From the NCBI GenBank assembly GCA_951406725.2, contig OX597826.1, forward strand, positions 29,078,001-29,142,000: a DNA stretch of 64,000 nucleotides, written 5' to 3'. Under the pieces are notes generated by a model that was given only the letters and a program-made list of their open reading frames with translations, made no database searches and had not been told where the DNA came from. Positions 12,878-23,735 of this stretch are shown here, in pieces. Each line of letters begins with the position of its first letter. Position 1 is the stretch's first letter. This DNA is from Octopus vulgaris (Eukaryota). The position numbers and the translations under genes are program-made.

Positions 12878-13105
12878 AAGGTGCGTGGTCTAGCGGCTAC
12901 GGTGTTACGAGATCACGGTTTCGATTACTGAAATGGGCAATGCTTTGATGTTTTTGCGCAAAACACTTCATTTCATCACATTGCTTCCAGTTCACCCAGC
13001 TGTGAGTAATGCTTTGATGGACTGGCGTCCCATCCAGGGAGAATGCTGTGATCTCGGTCAATTGTATTGTCATGGAAACCGGATAACCAGCCCAAGGCTG
13101 TCTAG
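12878..13105 (+). mobile_element. tRNA-derived SINE (family A), diverged
   Basis: GGTGCGTGGTCTAGCGG..GGTTTCGATTAC..GCAAAACACTTCATTTC; homologous to 4181-4395. Confidence 0.7.
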
Positions 13106-14065
13106 GACTCGAGACAGTTAGTGACTGGGGTTGATGATGGTGCTGGTGGTGGTTGTGAGGAGGAGGAGGAGGGATGATGATGAGGAGGAGGAATGACAAA
13201 ACTGATCTCGATGAAATTCGAACTCAGAAAATAAGGAGCCGCAAGAAATATCCCAAGTCATTTCATCTGACATTCTAACGACTCTGCTAATTTTCTCTTT
13301 TTTTATTATTTTATTTGCCCGGGTTGGTCTTGATCCAGTAAAACTGTAATCAAAGGCGTTCCAACTGCCACCAAAGGTTTGAGTATTAGAGAAACACATT
13401 GTCCGATATATACTTTCTCTGCTAAAGAGAGTATATTGTTATTGCAGGTGAGAGGGCAGTGGGCCAAGTGGTTAGAGTACTGGACTAGCAATCATAATGC
13501 CGTGGTTTCATTTCCTGGGCCGGGTAGCACGGTATATGCTTGAGCAAGGTATTTAATTTCATGTTAATCCAGTCTACTCGACTGTAAAGGAATACCATCC
13601 TAGTGCAAGTGGAGCTCGCCTTCCCTCCTGCTGCCGCATGTGCCATTGGCTCAATGTCGGCAGAGCTAAGAGAATGCCCATGCTTGTTAGTGACTACACG
13701 GCCAGCTGCAGCTATAAGTGAAAGCATGGTACATGTTACCAATCGATACTTCTTTCCGACTGATGGCTATGGTCAGATTGTCGTCGGTGGAGATTTGATT
13801 ACGCACATATATGCATACATAGATAAATGCATACAATTCTGCCAGGGCGGGATTAAGACCTACAGAGGCCCTAAGCACTTAGGGCCCCCATATATATGTA
13901 ATTTAAAATATTTTGCGCCCTTTTCAAACCTAGCCAGGCTCATGGGCCCGGTTTCCCGGTTTCTGTGGCGTATGTGTTCCCACCGTACCCAGCTGGACGG
14001 GACGCGTTACTCAAGAAACAGGAAGAAAGAGTGAGAGAAAGTTGGGGCGAAAGAGTGCAACAGGG

Positions 14066-14126
14066 GTCCTCATCTTGTTTGTTGTTAACAGCGTTTCGGC
14101 TGTTGTACCCTCTAGCCTTCATCAGG
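14066..14126 (-). ncRNA. Inverted partial copy of hammerhead-containing tail
   Basis: Reverse complement CCTGATGAAGGCTAGAGGGTACAACAGCCGAAACGCTGTTAACAACAAACAAGATGAGGAC matches 20359-20421. Confidence 0.75.
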
Positions 14127-14193
14127 CATATGGCGTAGTGGTTAAAAGCGCGAGCTACTAACCCCAAGATTCCGAGTTCGATTCCAGGCAGTG

Positions 14194-14246
<53 letters not shown>
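14125..14246 (+). mobile_element. tRNA-like SINE head plus (AAT)n (5' part of the Tx1 host unit)
   Basis: A box TGGCGTAGTGG, B box GAGTTCGATTCC, then (AAT)n; the unit resumes at 20092-20185 after the Tx1 and a second whole unit follows at 20190. Confidence 0.8.
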
Positions 14247-14529
14247 CAATTCTTTTTTATTGGCCACAAGGGCTGACACGCATGATTACATAAAGGGACA
14301 AGACAGGACGAAAGGTTACAAAGGGTTTTGCCGTTTTTTTTAAAAACATCGAGTAAAAATCTTTATAACAACTTATAAAATTTAACAATGAAAAACTCCC
14401 AAAAGGGGGAGACGTCTCGAAAGGTTCCTGGTGGAAAAAACCCTACAAAAGCCAACGGGAGCCTGGTCAAAAAAAGGGGCTGTAGAGAGTCCCCTTTCTT
14501 CTCCTTTTACATTACCTTTTTCTTTGAAA

Positions 14530-17500
14530 TCACAGGCGAAACCTGAGAACTGGTCCATTTATACAGGCCAGTCTCGCACAATTCACCCACCTTTCATAAA
14601 ACTTGCTATCGGACAGCACTTTCCTCTCTAACCTCATCTTCCTTTTCAAGTGAAACTTGAAAAAGTTGATGAGGCCTTGACCAAAGAGGAAAGTGTCTGT
14701 CTTTAGCCCTTTCAAACGAGTCCACCACACGACCTCTTTCGCCACAGCCACTAGGCACAAGAAAACGGCCTCGCCCTCCTTGTTAAAGGAGGTCGGCGGG
14801 GCAATCTTCACTATGGATTCGGCCGATAGTCGGATCCGTCCTACACGTGACAGTAGCTGTTCGACATAAACCCATATTTCAGCAATACTCGGGCACTGAA
14901 CGAGTGCGTGCAGAACGGTTTCGTCGTCCTGGCAACACCTCGGGCAGGCTCGGCTGACGGCACTTCCGTGCCGGTAGAGTTTATCTCGAACAGGCAGAGC
15001 CCCTCGGTAGCACTGCCAAGCGAGAGACCTCTGGAAATTATCCATCGGCCCCGCCCCGAAAGTCCTCCCGAACAGACCGCTCAGTTCGTCATCTTCAACG
15101 CCTAGAGTTTCCCCGAGAACGTCGTCGCATTTTTCCTCCACTAACCCTCTATAGAACGCTAGAGTGGAGCTGTAACCGATCGCATTGCCCGCCTGGCGGA
15201 GGGCGGAGAGAGCTTGACGGCACTCGAGGTGCCAAGCGCCCTTTCTCGGTCTACGTTTGATCCAGGTCTGCAGCTCCGTCAAAGAGACGAGCTGCGGAAA
15301 ATCGCGTCTGACAAAAAACGACCACACCTGTTCACCGTCTAGGAAGCGCTTGAGATGCCGCAGCCTGAGCGCATGTCTGCGCAACAGCAACCACGGCATT
15401 CCAAGGCCTCCGTTCAGCGGTCGTTGACAGCAGATGGATCGCCTGACCAGTGGCACCTGACCCTTCCACAAAAAGTCGAAGAGCAGACGTACCAGCTTGG
15501 CCAACCAGCGGTCGGGACAAGGGACGACGGTCAAGCGGTAATAGATAACGGATGCGATGTACGCATTCACCACCTCCGCTCGACCTTTCAGGGACAGCTT
15601 CCTCTCGGCCCATTTCTGGGTGAGACGTGCCACCCTGCTCGTCACCTCTTCCCAGTTCTTATCCACCTGGAGGTCCAGACCGAACCAGACCCCGAGCAGT
15701 TTAACGGGTCCGTCTGTCCAGCGCCCTACGACGCTGTTGGACGGCATGGGCTTGCCTCTCCAGGTGCCCAGTTGCAAGCCCACAGACTTTTCCGCGTTAA
15801 TCTTTGCCCCTGTCACCGCTTCGTACTGGTTTAGCGTCTCGCCAATCAGGCCAATGTGCCTGTGACTCGACACCACCACGGTGACGTCGTCGGCATAAGC
15901 AGACACGCTGTTTCCGCCTCCTAGATCGCGCGGGATGCCCCTCAAAGCCTCCAACTTGCGCAGTAATGGCTCGAGAGTCAAAATGTACAAGAGGGAGGAG
16001 AGAGGGCATCCTTGGCGGACCGAACGCGAGATGTCGAACGGTTCCGAAAGGTGACCGTTCACCCGTATCACCGAGCAGATGTTGCTGTATAAAGCAGCGA
16101 TCCACCCGCGGAAGACTGGACCGAAGCCGGCTGCCCTGAGGACAGCTGCCAGGTACCGATGGTCGACCCTATCGAAGGCTTTACTCTGATCCAAGTTGAT
16201 CAAAGCCCCACCCGCGCCAGCGTCGTTACCCACCCTCTCTATGATGTAGCGCATGAGATGGAGGTTGTCGTGTATCGACCTGGTCGGCACGGCGCATGTC
16301 TGCGTCTTGCCGACCAGCTTGTCCACGACAAGCGCCAATCTCTTGGCTAGCACCTTGGCCAAAATCTTCAACTCTGCATTGAGCAGAGTGATGGGCCGGA
16401 AATTCCCTATAACGTCCCCCTTGTTTGGGTCCTTCTTTAGCAAAGCCACCACCCCTCGACAGACAAAAGCAGGAATTCTCCCGTTTTGCTGCCAGTTGCA
16501 GTAGACGTTTGCCAACAGGTCCGCAAACAAGTCTGGCATTGAAAAGTAAAGCTCGTAGGGCAGACCATCCAAACCCGGCGATCTACCTCTCGTGCAACTC
16601 TTCATCGCTTCCTGTACTTCCCAGGCAGATATCGGTCCTTCGCAGCACTCTGCCTCGCTGTCCGAGAGTTGCGGCAGTCCGTCCAGGTACACACCGAAGT
16701 CTGTATCGTTGGTGTCCGTTCCACCGCTCGTCCCAAACAGTTGAGCAAAGTGCCGCTGAAGCACCGTACACATCTGCTTCGGTTGGGTAACCTCGCGCCC
16801 GTTCTGGTCCACCAAAGACCGAATGGTTGCTCTGTTGCCTCGCTTCGCCTCCGCCACGCGGGCCCATCGAGCGGCTCTAGTCCCCTCCCCGCTTAGCGAG
16901 CGTGCCTTAGCTCTGACAACGCAGCCCTCGTGTTTGGCGTCGAAGTGTTGGTCGAGGGCCAACCTTGCCGCCAACACGTCGGTCGCGATGCCAGTGTCAA
17001 GAGCCTCGTCTAGTTTCTTAACTAAATCCCGCTCTCTCTTCCTACGTTCAATAGCTAGAGTCTTACTATACCTAATCGACTCTACTCTAATTGCTCTCTT
17101 GAGGGCAAACCACCAGTTGTTGTTGATGATTGCCCCCGTCAGCGCCCGCTTAACTAGTAAACTAATCCGGTCTCTGTAAGCTTTGCACGCCGTTAACGAC
17201 GCGTTCAGCTTCCAGTAGCCGGGTCCCTGTCTATGTAGCCTATCTAAGTCGACCGTACAGATCACTAATTTGTGGTCCGTATATTCGACTAGGTGGAATT
17301 GTGGACACCCTACGCTGTCCTTATCCGCTGGCCTACAAAACACTCTATCTAAGTACGATCTAGACGACCCGATGCGGTTTGTCCAAGTCCACATTGGCAC
17401 ATTCGGGTTGTCTAGTCGAAACCTGTCGGACAGCTGAAAGCGGCCGAGTAGGTTGGCGAGGCTCTTGCACCCTCCCCTCTCCTATCAGACGCTCCCCTGC

Positions 17501-17963
17501 CCACCCGATCGAAACGTTCGTCTAAGACAGCGTTCCAATCCCCAACTAGTACTAGAGTGCGTGACGTTCCCAGGAAAACTTCCAGACGTTTGAAATAATC
17601 CGACTGCCCTGCTCCTGTCGGAGCGTAGGCAGCCAGCAGTCTGAAAGCACCGCCGTCACTACCGTCGACGTCGAGGACCACCAACTTACCTTCCGGATCC
17701 AAGAAGACTGTCCTTATTTTCAGGTCCAGGCCCTTCCGAAACAACACCGCAGTACCACCACCGCCCGCTCCCGGCCGACACGGAGATAGAAATATCTCGT
17801 ATCCGCCGAAAAGGGCTGCGAGTTCCTGCGGGTCGGAGAGCCTGGTTTCACTGATGGCTGCTACATCCACATCATGAAACCTCAGGTCGTTTAACAGGTG
17901 ACCCTGTTTCCAAGGTGACCCGAGGCCTCTCACATTCAAGCAACCGATTCTAAGATTTGCCAT
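14530..17963 (-). CDS. Tx1 ORF2: APE endonuclease + reverse transcriptase + C-terminal zinc finger (one frameshift at ~17475)
   Basis: EN motifs LNVRGL, SETRL, AYAP, GDWNA, YLDRVF, TDHKLV; RT motifs RSPGLDGL, FRPITLLN, DQSKAFDRV, VRQGCPLS, YADD; CPRC..ETVLHALVQC. ORFs 17412-17963 and 14530-17400 join if one G is added to the GGGG run (GCKSLANLLGRFQLSDRFRLDNPNVPMWTW continues in frame). Confidence 0.93.
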
Positions 17964-18003
17964 GTTTCAAAAGTTAGGGGAAAAAAAAAAGGAGAAAAAG
18001 GCT

Positions 18004-18808
18004 CTACTTACTGTTGTTGGTGGTGGGGGTGGCTCCCTTGTGCTTTTGCACGGGTGCTTCCACAATGTTTTTGTAAAGTTTCTTCGAGAAACTTTTCCCT
18101 AGCGATCCCACATCGTTAGGGAATATTTGTTTGATTTCATCATATGTTTTTGCATTTATTTTTATTGTGAGAATGTGTGCTGGTGGTGTGTTTTGTGTTG
18201 GTATGATGAAATCGGTTATATTTGTACTAGTTTTGTTTTTTAAGTACTCCACTAGTTTTTGGTTCTTTGTGTTTATTGATGTAATTGTGTCTGTGTGTGT
18301 TTGTGTGTGTGGCAGTGGCAGTAGTGGTGTCGAAAGTGTTGTTGTTGTTTGTTGTTGTGAGTGTGTGTTGTTGTTGTTGTTGTTGTTGATGTTGGGAAGC
18401 ACTATTTGTTCGTGCTTCCCCTGTAAATCTTTTTGTTTCTTCCTCCTTTTCTTCTTTGGAGGCACTATACTCCATTCTCCTTTGTTGGAATCAGAGCTCG
18501 CACAATCCGACTCTTCATCCGGCAAAGGAATGGTTGAGGGGTCTGCTTCAGTAGCAGGACGAAAAGTTTCTGGTTCCACCGGTATCGGTGGTGCCGCTGC
18601 TCCTGTTACTGTTGATGTCGCTGCTGTCGACCTTCGAGGTACTGGTGTCGGTGTTGGTTTGGTGGTGGTTGTCGGTGTTGGTTTGGTGGTGGTTGTTGTT
18701 GTTGGAGGTGGTGTTGTTCGTCTTGGTGCTGGTGTTGGTGATGGTGTTGGTGGTGTGGCAGCCTTTGGTTTTTCTTGCTGTTTTTGTTGTTTCTGTTGTT
18801 GTTGCTTG

Positions 18809-18839
<31 letters not shown>

Positions 18840-19872
18840 GCTGCTGCCTCTTGCTATACTCCTCCATTCTCTTTTTTTGAATGGGGCAGTCCCTTTTTAG
18901 GTGGCTTTCGCTACTGCAGAGGAAACATTTTGGCTTTCGCCCCTCTACAATAACATTTAGCCTGGTCCCATCCAGCAAGATGACAAAGTCAGGTATGGCA
19001 TTGATGTTTTCCTGCTGGATCTGTACCAGCAGTTGAATACCCATGCCTGACCAGTTCTTTTCTCGTACCCTCCGAACATTCAGAATAGTGGCAGTGTCCT
19101 CTATGCCATAGAGGACAGCCGCCACTAGCCATGAGATTTTCTGTTCGGGGGTATTGTGCTTATAGTTATTTTTTGTACCTTACGCCCGAGGTACGTCGGG
19201 ACGAGGAACAAATGTTCATTTTGCAAGGGCGAAATGGCGTTTGCCCTTGCAAGCTCCTCTGTTGGGAAGCGAACCTCCACGGTTCCAAATCGCTTCCCTC
19301 TTGTCACATAGCTCTTCTGGCCCCAAATGGGCTTCAGAGCCATCTCCAACTGTTGTGGTGTGGCGTTAAACAATCTTTTAGTTTTCTTTTCGAAGACTTT
19401 ATAAAAGATTGTTCTTTTGTTTGTCTCTTGTGTGAGTTGTTGAGGTGTGTTGAGGAAAACACTGTTCCCCTCCTTTCTCAACAAATCTTGTGCCATTTTT
19501 ATGTCCTCCATTGTAATTTCTACATCTTCCGAAATTTGCTTCGCAGCAGAAGCAAAATCGTTAGAAGCTTTTACAGTTTTTTGTTGGTTCTTGTCTGTGT
19601 TTGTGTCTGTTACAAGTTTCTTTACCTCCCCCTTCGGTACAGCATCACTTGTTGAAGGCAGAGGGGGGAAATCAAGAGTGACGTCGAACGCGACGTCCTG
19701 GCATGCATTCTCCTTTTGAACCGAGCGCGTGCTCTCCGGTTCGGAAGGAGGATCTTTGTTGCCTTTTACGGCTTGAAATGGGTTGTACGTAACCCGTGAC
19801 GTTATTTTTTTTGTTCTTGTGGAGGGGGTGTTGCAAGAAGGAGGAAGAGCCAGCAGCTCGTTTCAAAGCCAT
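18004..19872 (-). CDS. Tx1 ORF1 nucleic-acid-binding protein (frameshifts at ~19148 and between 19805-19862)
   Basis: RNP1-like RGKRFGTVEVRF, knuckle CFLCSSESHLKRDC (CX2CX4HX4C), polyQ, P/T-rich linker, KKKRRKK. 19125-19511 and 18004-19125 join by adding one C to a C5 run. Frame stays open without ATG to 19862; likely start is aaaATGGCT at 19872, one base out of frame. Confidence 0.85.
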
Positions 19873-20116
19873 TTTGTAAATATGTGTGTGCAAAAATGTC
19901 AATTTCAAAATAAAAAACAGCAATTTCACCCCGAAGGGGCAACATTTTCGCCCAACCGACGAGCTCCGCAAGAAGCCGGTCGGCTTGGCTACAAAAATAT
20001 TAAAAAATATTCAAGCTTATCAAAAAATTTCCAATAAAATTGGCACAAAACTCACAGAGCCGATTCACGCACGTCCATCGGCGTCGGAAGGAATAATAAT
20101 AATAATAATAATAATT

Positions 20117-20147
<31 letters not shown>

Positions 20148-20189
20148 TAATAACATCGAAAAATACCATAGGAATGAGAACCTGCCCAC

Positions 20190-20448
20190 GGGCATATGTT
20201 GTGGTAGTTAAGAGCACGGGCTATTAACCCTAAGATTCCGAGTTCGATACCAGGCGGTGACCTGAATAAAAATAATAATAATAATAATAACAACAACAAC
20301 AACAACGTCGAAAAATACCTCAGGAATTAGAACCCAAGTTCGAAATTTTCCCAAAACACCTGATGAAGGCTGGAGGGTACATCAGCCGAAATGTTGTGTT
20401 AACAACAAACAAGATGAGGACAAATATCCGTCAAATGTAAATAATGTA
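20190..20448 (+). mobile_element. tRNA-headed SINE-like unit with (AAT)n and hammerhead-containing tail
   Basis: GGCATATGTTGTGGTAGTTAAGAGC..GAGTTCGATACC head, (AAT)n(AAC)n, GAAAAATACCTCAGGAATTAGAACC, hammerhead, AACAACAAACAAGATGAGGACAAATATCCGTCAAATGTAAAT. Confidence 0.78.
20355..20400 (+). ncRNA. Minimal type I hammerhead ribozyme motif
   Basis: Stem I AACAC/GTGTT, core CTGATGA, stem II GGCTG/CAGCC, GAAA(T)GTT; sister copies show GAAACG and AACGTT so consensus is GAAAC-GUU. Confidence 0.75.
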
Positions 20449-20971
20449 CTCTTAGAATATTATTTGAGCAAGTTTAAAAGTAATTTGTTTTGTGTGTTGT
20501 AAACCATTTTTCCATTTCTGTGGTCCCCTTCGTTTCCCTTTGTGCCCTAAGCATTTGTTTATCTTGCTAAATGGTTAATCCTGCGCTGATATCTACATAC
20601 ATTCATTCATACATACATAAACGCATATATACACACTCATACATAGATTCATTCATACATATTCATAGATACACCGATACATACATACATGCATAAATAA
20701 ATGCATACATACATACATACAGACAGACACAGACATATACACATCCCTCCATGTATACATTATATACACACATATACATCAAGCATGAATAACAACACCG
20801 AAGATAAGTGAAAACCTATTAAATGCGATTTATGTAAAAGATTACTACGTGGATGTACACACACACACGCGCACACACACGCACGCACGCACGCACGCAT
20901 TCATTCATTCATTTAAAAAAAAATCTACTATCACTCAGCTGATTGCAGTTTCAATCCTTGTTAATTGCAGG

Positions 20972-20988
20972 TGACCTCTTAGAGGTCA
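20972..20988. promoter_or_regulatory. Everted nuclear-receptor half-site pair TGACCT-N5-AGGTCA upstream of the TRAP1-like start
   Basis: TGACCTCTTAGAGGTCA 30 bp before AAAATGGCG; function unverified. Confidence 0.3.
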
Positions 20989-21018
20989 TTTCATATCTCA
21001 GAAAGAGGCTATATGAAA

Positions 21019-21148
21019 ATGGCGACTTCTATCCGTACATGTGTTCCGCCGTTCTACCGTTGTTTAACAATGAGAAAATTTTCAACCTGTGTGCGTCCTC
21101 TACGAACTGTTACCCTGCACACGAAGGCCACTAGGTCTCACTCTGTCG
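21019..21148 (+). CDS. TRAP1: First coding exon: mitochondrial targeting presequence of TRAP1-like gene
   Basis: aaaATGGCG start (alternative in-frame ATG at 21013); MATSIRTCVPPFYRCLTMRKFSTCVRPLRTVTLHTKATRSHSV is R/S/T-rich with no acidic residue; phase-1 donor G|GTAAGG matches the next exon. Confidence 0.7.
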
Positions 21149-21367
21149 GTAAGGACATTAAAAAAAAAAAAAGACATAACATATCCCTGTCCTCATCATT
21201 AATAACACTACCACCATCATCATCGCCTCTGTGTTCCTCTATCTCTCTCTTCCTATTTAACACCTTAATTGTAAATACTTACACCATCTGACTGTATTTA
21301 CGCTTCGAACCATCCATTCTCTAGTTTGTCTGTGTATTCATCTATCTAGCTTATCTCTCTGTCTATC

Positions 21368-21816
21368 GGTAAAGATGTCGAATCTGTAGGTAAACACCAA
21401 CTTCTCTGTGTATAACGAAAGGAACTACATAGAAACAACATGCAACATTTTTCATCTAATTTACAAATAAATGATCGTTTTACTTAAATGACTACTAAGA
21501 TTAATTAAACTAACCTAATTATTGCTTTAATTGTATATTTTATAGATATAAAACACCATACCTTGGAATTTTTGTCGGTGTTCAGGGATTCCACACGTGT
21601 GTAGTGTAAATAATACGTTATTGAGACAACGAGGGAATCTGTAATTACTGAGACTAATTAAACAGAGTTAATTACAGTTTTATAGTAAAATTTCTAAACA
21701 ATAAAGTACCATAATTTAGAATTGTAAATATTTGAGGTATTCCAGCATGTAATTTCTATGTGGCCCCTTCCGTTTTTGTACGGAAGGTCATTTATCGACA
21801 GATTCGAAACTTTACC
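21368..21816. mobile_element. Degenerate MITE with ~75-bp imperfect TIRs
   Basis: GGTAAAGATGTCGAATCTGT..ACATAGAAACAACATGC versus GCATGTAATTTCTATGT..ACAGATTCGAAACTTTACC; AT-rich interior; TSD not clear. Confidence 0.55.
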
Positions 21817-21896
21817 TATGTTTGTAATTGTTTCTGCCGCTGAATATTAAATTATGAAATCATGTACGTTTATACACTCACATATATACATGCATG

Positions 21897-21940
<44 letters not shown>

Positions 21941-22629
21941 TATCATATACATACACACCCATATAAAACACGTGTTTAGCACCACGGTGAAGGACGGAGT
22001 ATGTGGTCCTTAATAAATAATTATTATTAAATTATCACAAATGTGTGTGTTATAACAGGGGAGAAGGGGGTGATAAGATTCTGTGACGTTCATGCACATT
22101 CGCAAAAACATTGAAATAGGGATCTAACAAAAATTAAAAGAACCGAAGTTAAAATAGCGACACTGAAGAACAGGAACCAGTTTACGGACACCGTTCACCT
22201 GGAGTGGAATCTCTCAAAATTTATGAATGTTTTCGTTATACTATCAATTCATACAACCTCTGTGAACCTGATATACCCTACCACACACACTCATACACAC
22301 ATGCAAAGATTTCAAACACACGCTTGTACACGTATTTCTACACAGGCAACCCTTCGGAGATGGTACCGAAAGATTGCTTTTACATATAGAAAGATATATA
22401 TATATATAATATTCATAATATTAGAACGTATTTGCGTATTTTATTTAATTACTTTGTTGATCGGTTATATTGCTCCATGCTGTCTATCTATCTATCTATC
22501 TATCTATCTATCCATCCATTTATCTATGTCCTGTTCTTCACGTGTTGCACGTATTTTACCCTTCAAAGTACCCCCTTACCAACCAAACAAGCGATCTACT
22601 CAGCTACGCCGCTATATATATATCATCAT

Positions 22630-22681
<52 letters not shown>

Positions 22682-22719
22682 ATGTATATGTGTGTATATA
22701 TAACCTTTCCCTAAAGTCC

Positions 22720-23330
22720 CATTTATCGACCTCTGCAGTCGCTCGAGCTGCTAGAAATACCAGCTAAATCTCCTTCAAATCATACCATACTGCCATAAAA
22801 CACACACACGTGAGCATGTGGTCCGGTGTACGCATGTTTGGGACATTTTTGATCGTAGGTCTTCTCGGTCATGGCTAGCCTAGGGCTAAACAACAACAAT
22901 AACAAATACCTATTTACCGTTTGCTTTACTCTATGTAGTCGGTATCGTTTTCTCCTTGACACAGTGCTAAAGGGCATCGCTGCATGATCGTTCGATCTGT
23001 TAGAAATAGCAGTCAACTTCCCCTAAAATAACACCCTTCTGTCTTAGAGAAAAAAAAAAGTGTCACATTAAGTAATGTTTGGATACTTTTATATATATAT
23101 AAACTGGATGGTCGAATCTGGAATGTCTTTGATTATCGGATGAATGAGGTTTGACTTGGCTCAGAATAACAAGACAACGATAGCTTGTATTTAGTTGTTT
23201 GGCCTGCTAGAAATGACAGCCAAATCTCCTTTAAATTATGCCTTAAAAACGAATGATACAAATGGGAGACAGCTGGATTAAAGATGGATCGCCATTCATC
23301 ATAGGTTTGCTTATTCTGGACTAACCTGAG
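22720..23330 (+). repeat. Three diverged tandem copies of a ~230-bp dispersed repeat
   Basis: CTGCTAGAAATAGCAGCCAAATCTCC-like motif at ~22748, ~22997, ~23205, each followed by TTTGATCATAGG..GACCTGGGGCTAAACAACAAC-like tail. Confidence 0.6.
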
Positions 23331-23700
23331 TTTTTGCTTTCTTATACGATAGCTGTGTGGTCAAGAAGCTTGCTTTGCAGTCACATGTTTTCTGGTTCAA
23401 TCCCACTGCATAGCACCTTAGGCAAGTGTCTTTTTCTGTAGACCTTGTGAGTGGATTTGGTTGAGAGAAACTAGTGAAGCCTGTTATGTGTGTGTGTGTT
23501 TTTCTTTATCTCCCTCACTTCCACTGCTTGGCAACTGGTATTGGTTTGTTTATGTCCCCTTAACCTGGCAGTTTAGGAAGTGACCAACTTGAAACCATGT
23601 AGTTGAGAAGTAGACTTCTTACCAGCGGCCATACTTGTGCATATATATATATATATATATACTACAAAGTAAGATAGGGGTTATGGGTGTATCCCACTAT

Positions 23701-23735
<35 letters not shown>

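Larger units (their letters stand above)
14247..20091 (-). mobile_element. Full-length Tx1-clade (L1 group) non-LTR retrotransposon
   Basis: 5'UTR, ORF1, ORF2 (APE-RT-ZnF), 283-nt 3'UTR ending AATAAAAAAGAATTG; flanked on both sides by (AAT)n; GC content far above flanks. Confidence 0.95.
13843..20588. mobile_element. hAT-like MITE split by nested insertions
   Basis: Termini CAGGGCGGGATTAA (13843) and TTAATCCTGCGCTG (20588), subterminal GCCCTAAGCA on both sides, degenerate 8-bp TSD AATTCTGC / ATATCTAC (5/8). Confidence 0.55.

Noticed and set aside
14125-14198. tRNA gene
   Set aside because: A/B boxes present but acceptor stem does not close convincingly and it is part of a repeated unit; same for the other tRNA-like heads.
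14908-19719. Plus-strand ORFs overlapping the Tx1 element
   Set aside because: Antisense shadows of GC-rich coding sequence; no motifs.
19905-19992. HDV-like ribozyme in the Tx1 5'UTR
   Set aside because: Could not assign the nested double pseudoknot; the sequence folds more simply as two hairpins.
21360-21380. Similarity to the 3' half of miR-8 (GGTAAAGATGTC)
   Set aside because: No seed match or precursor hairpin; it is the end of a MITE.
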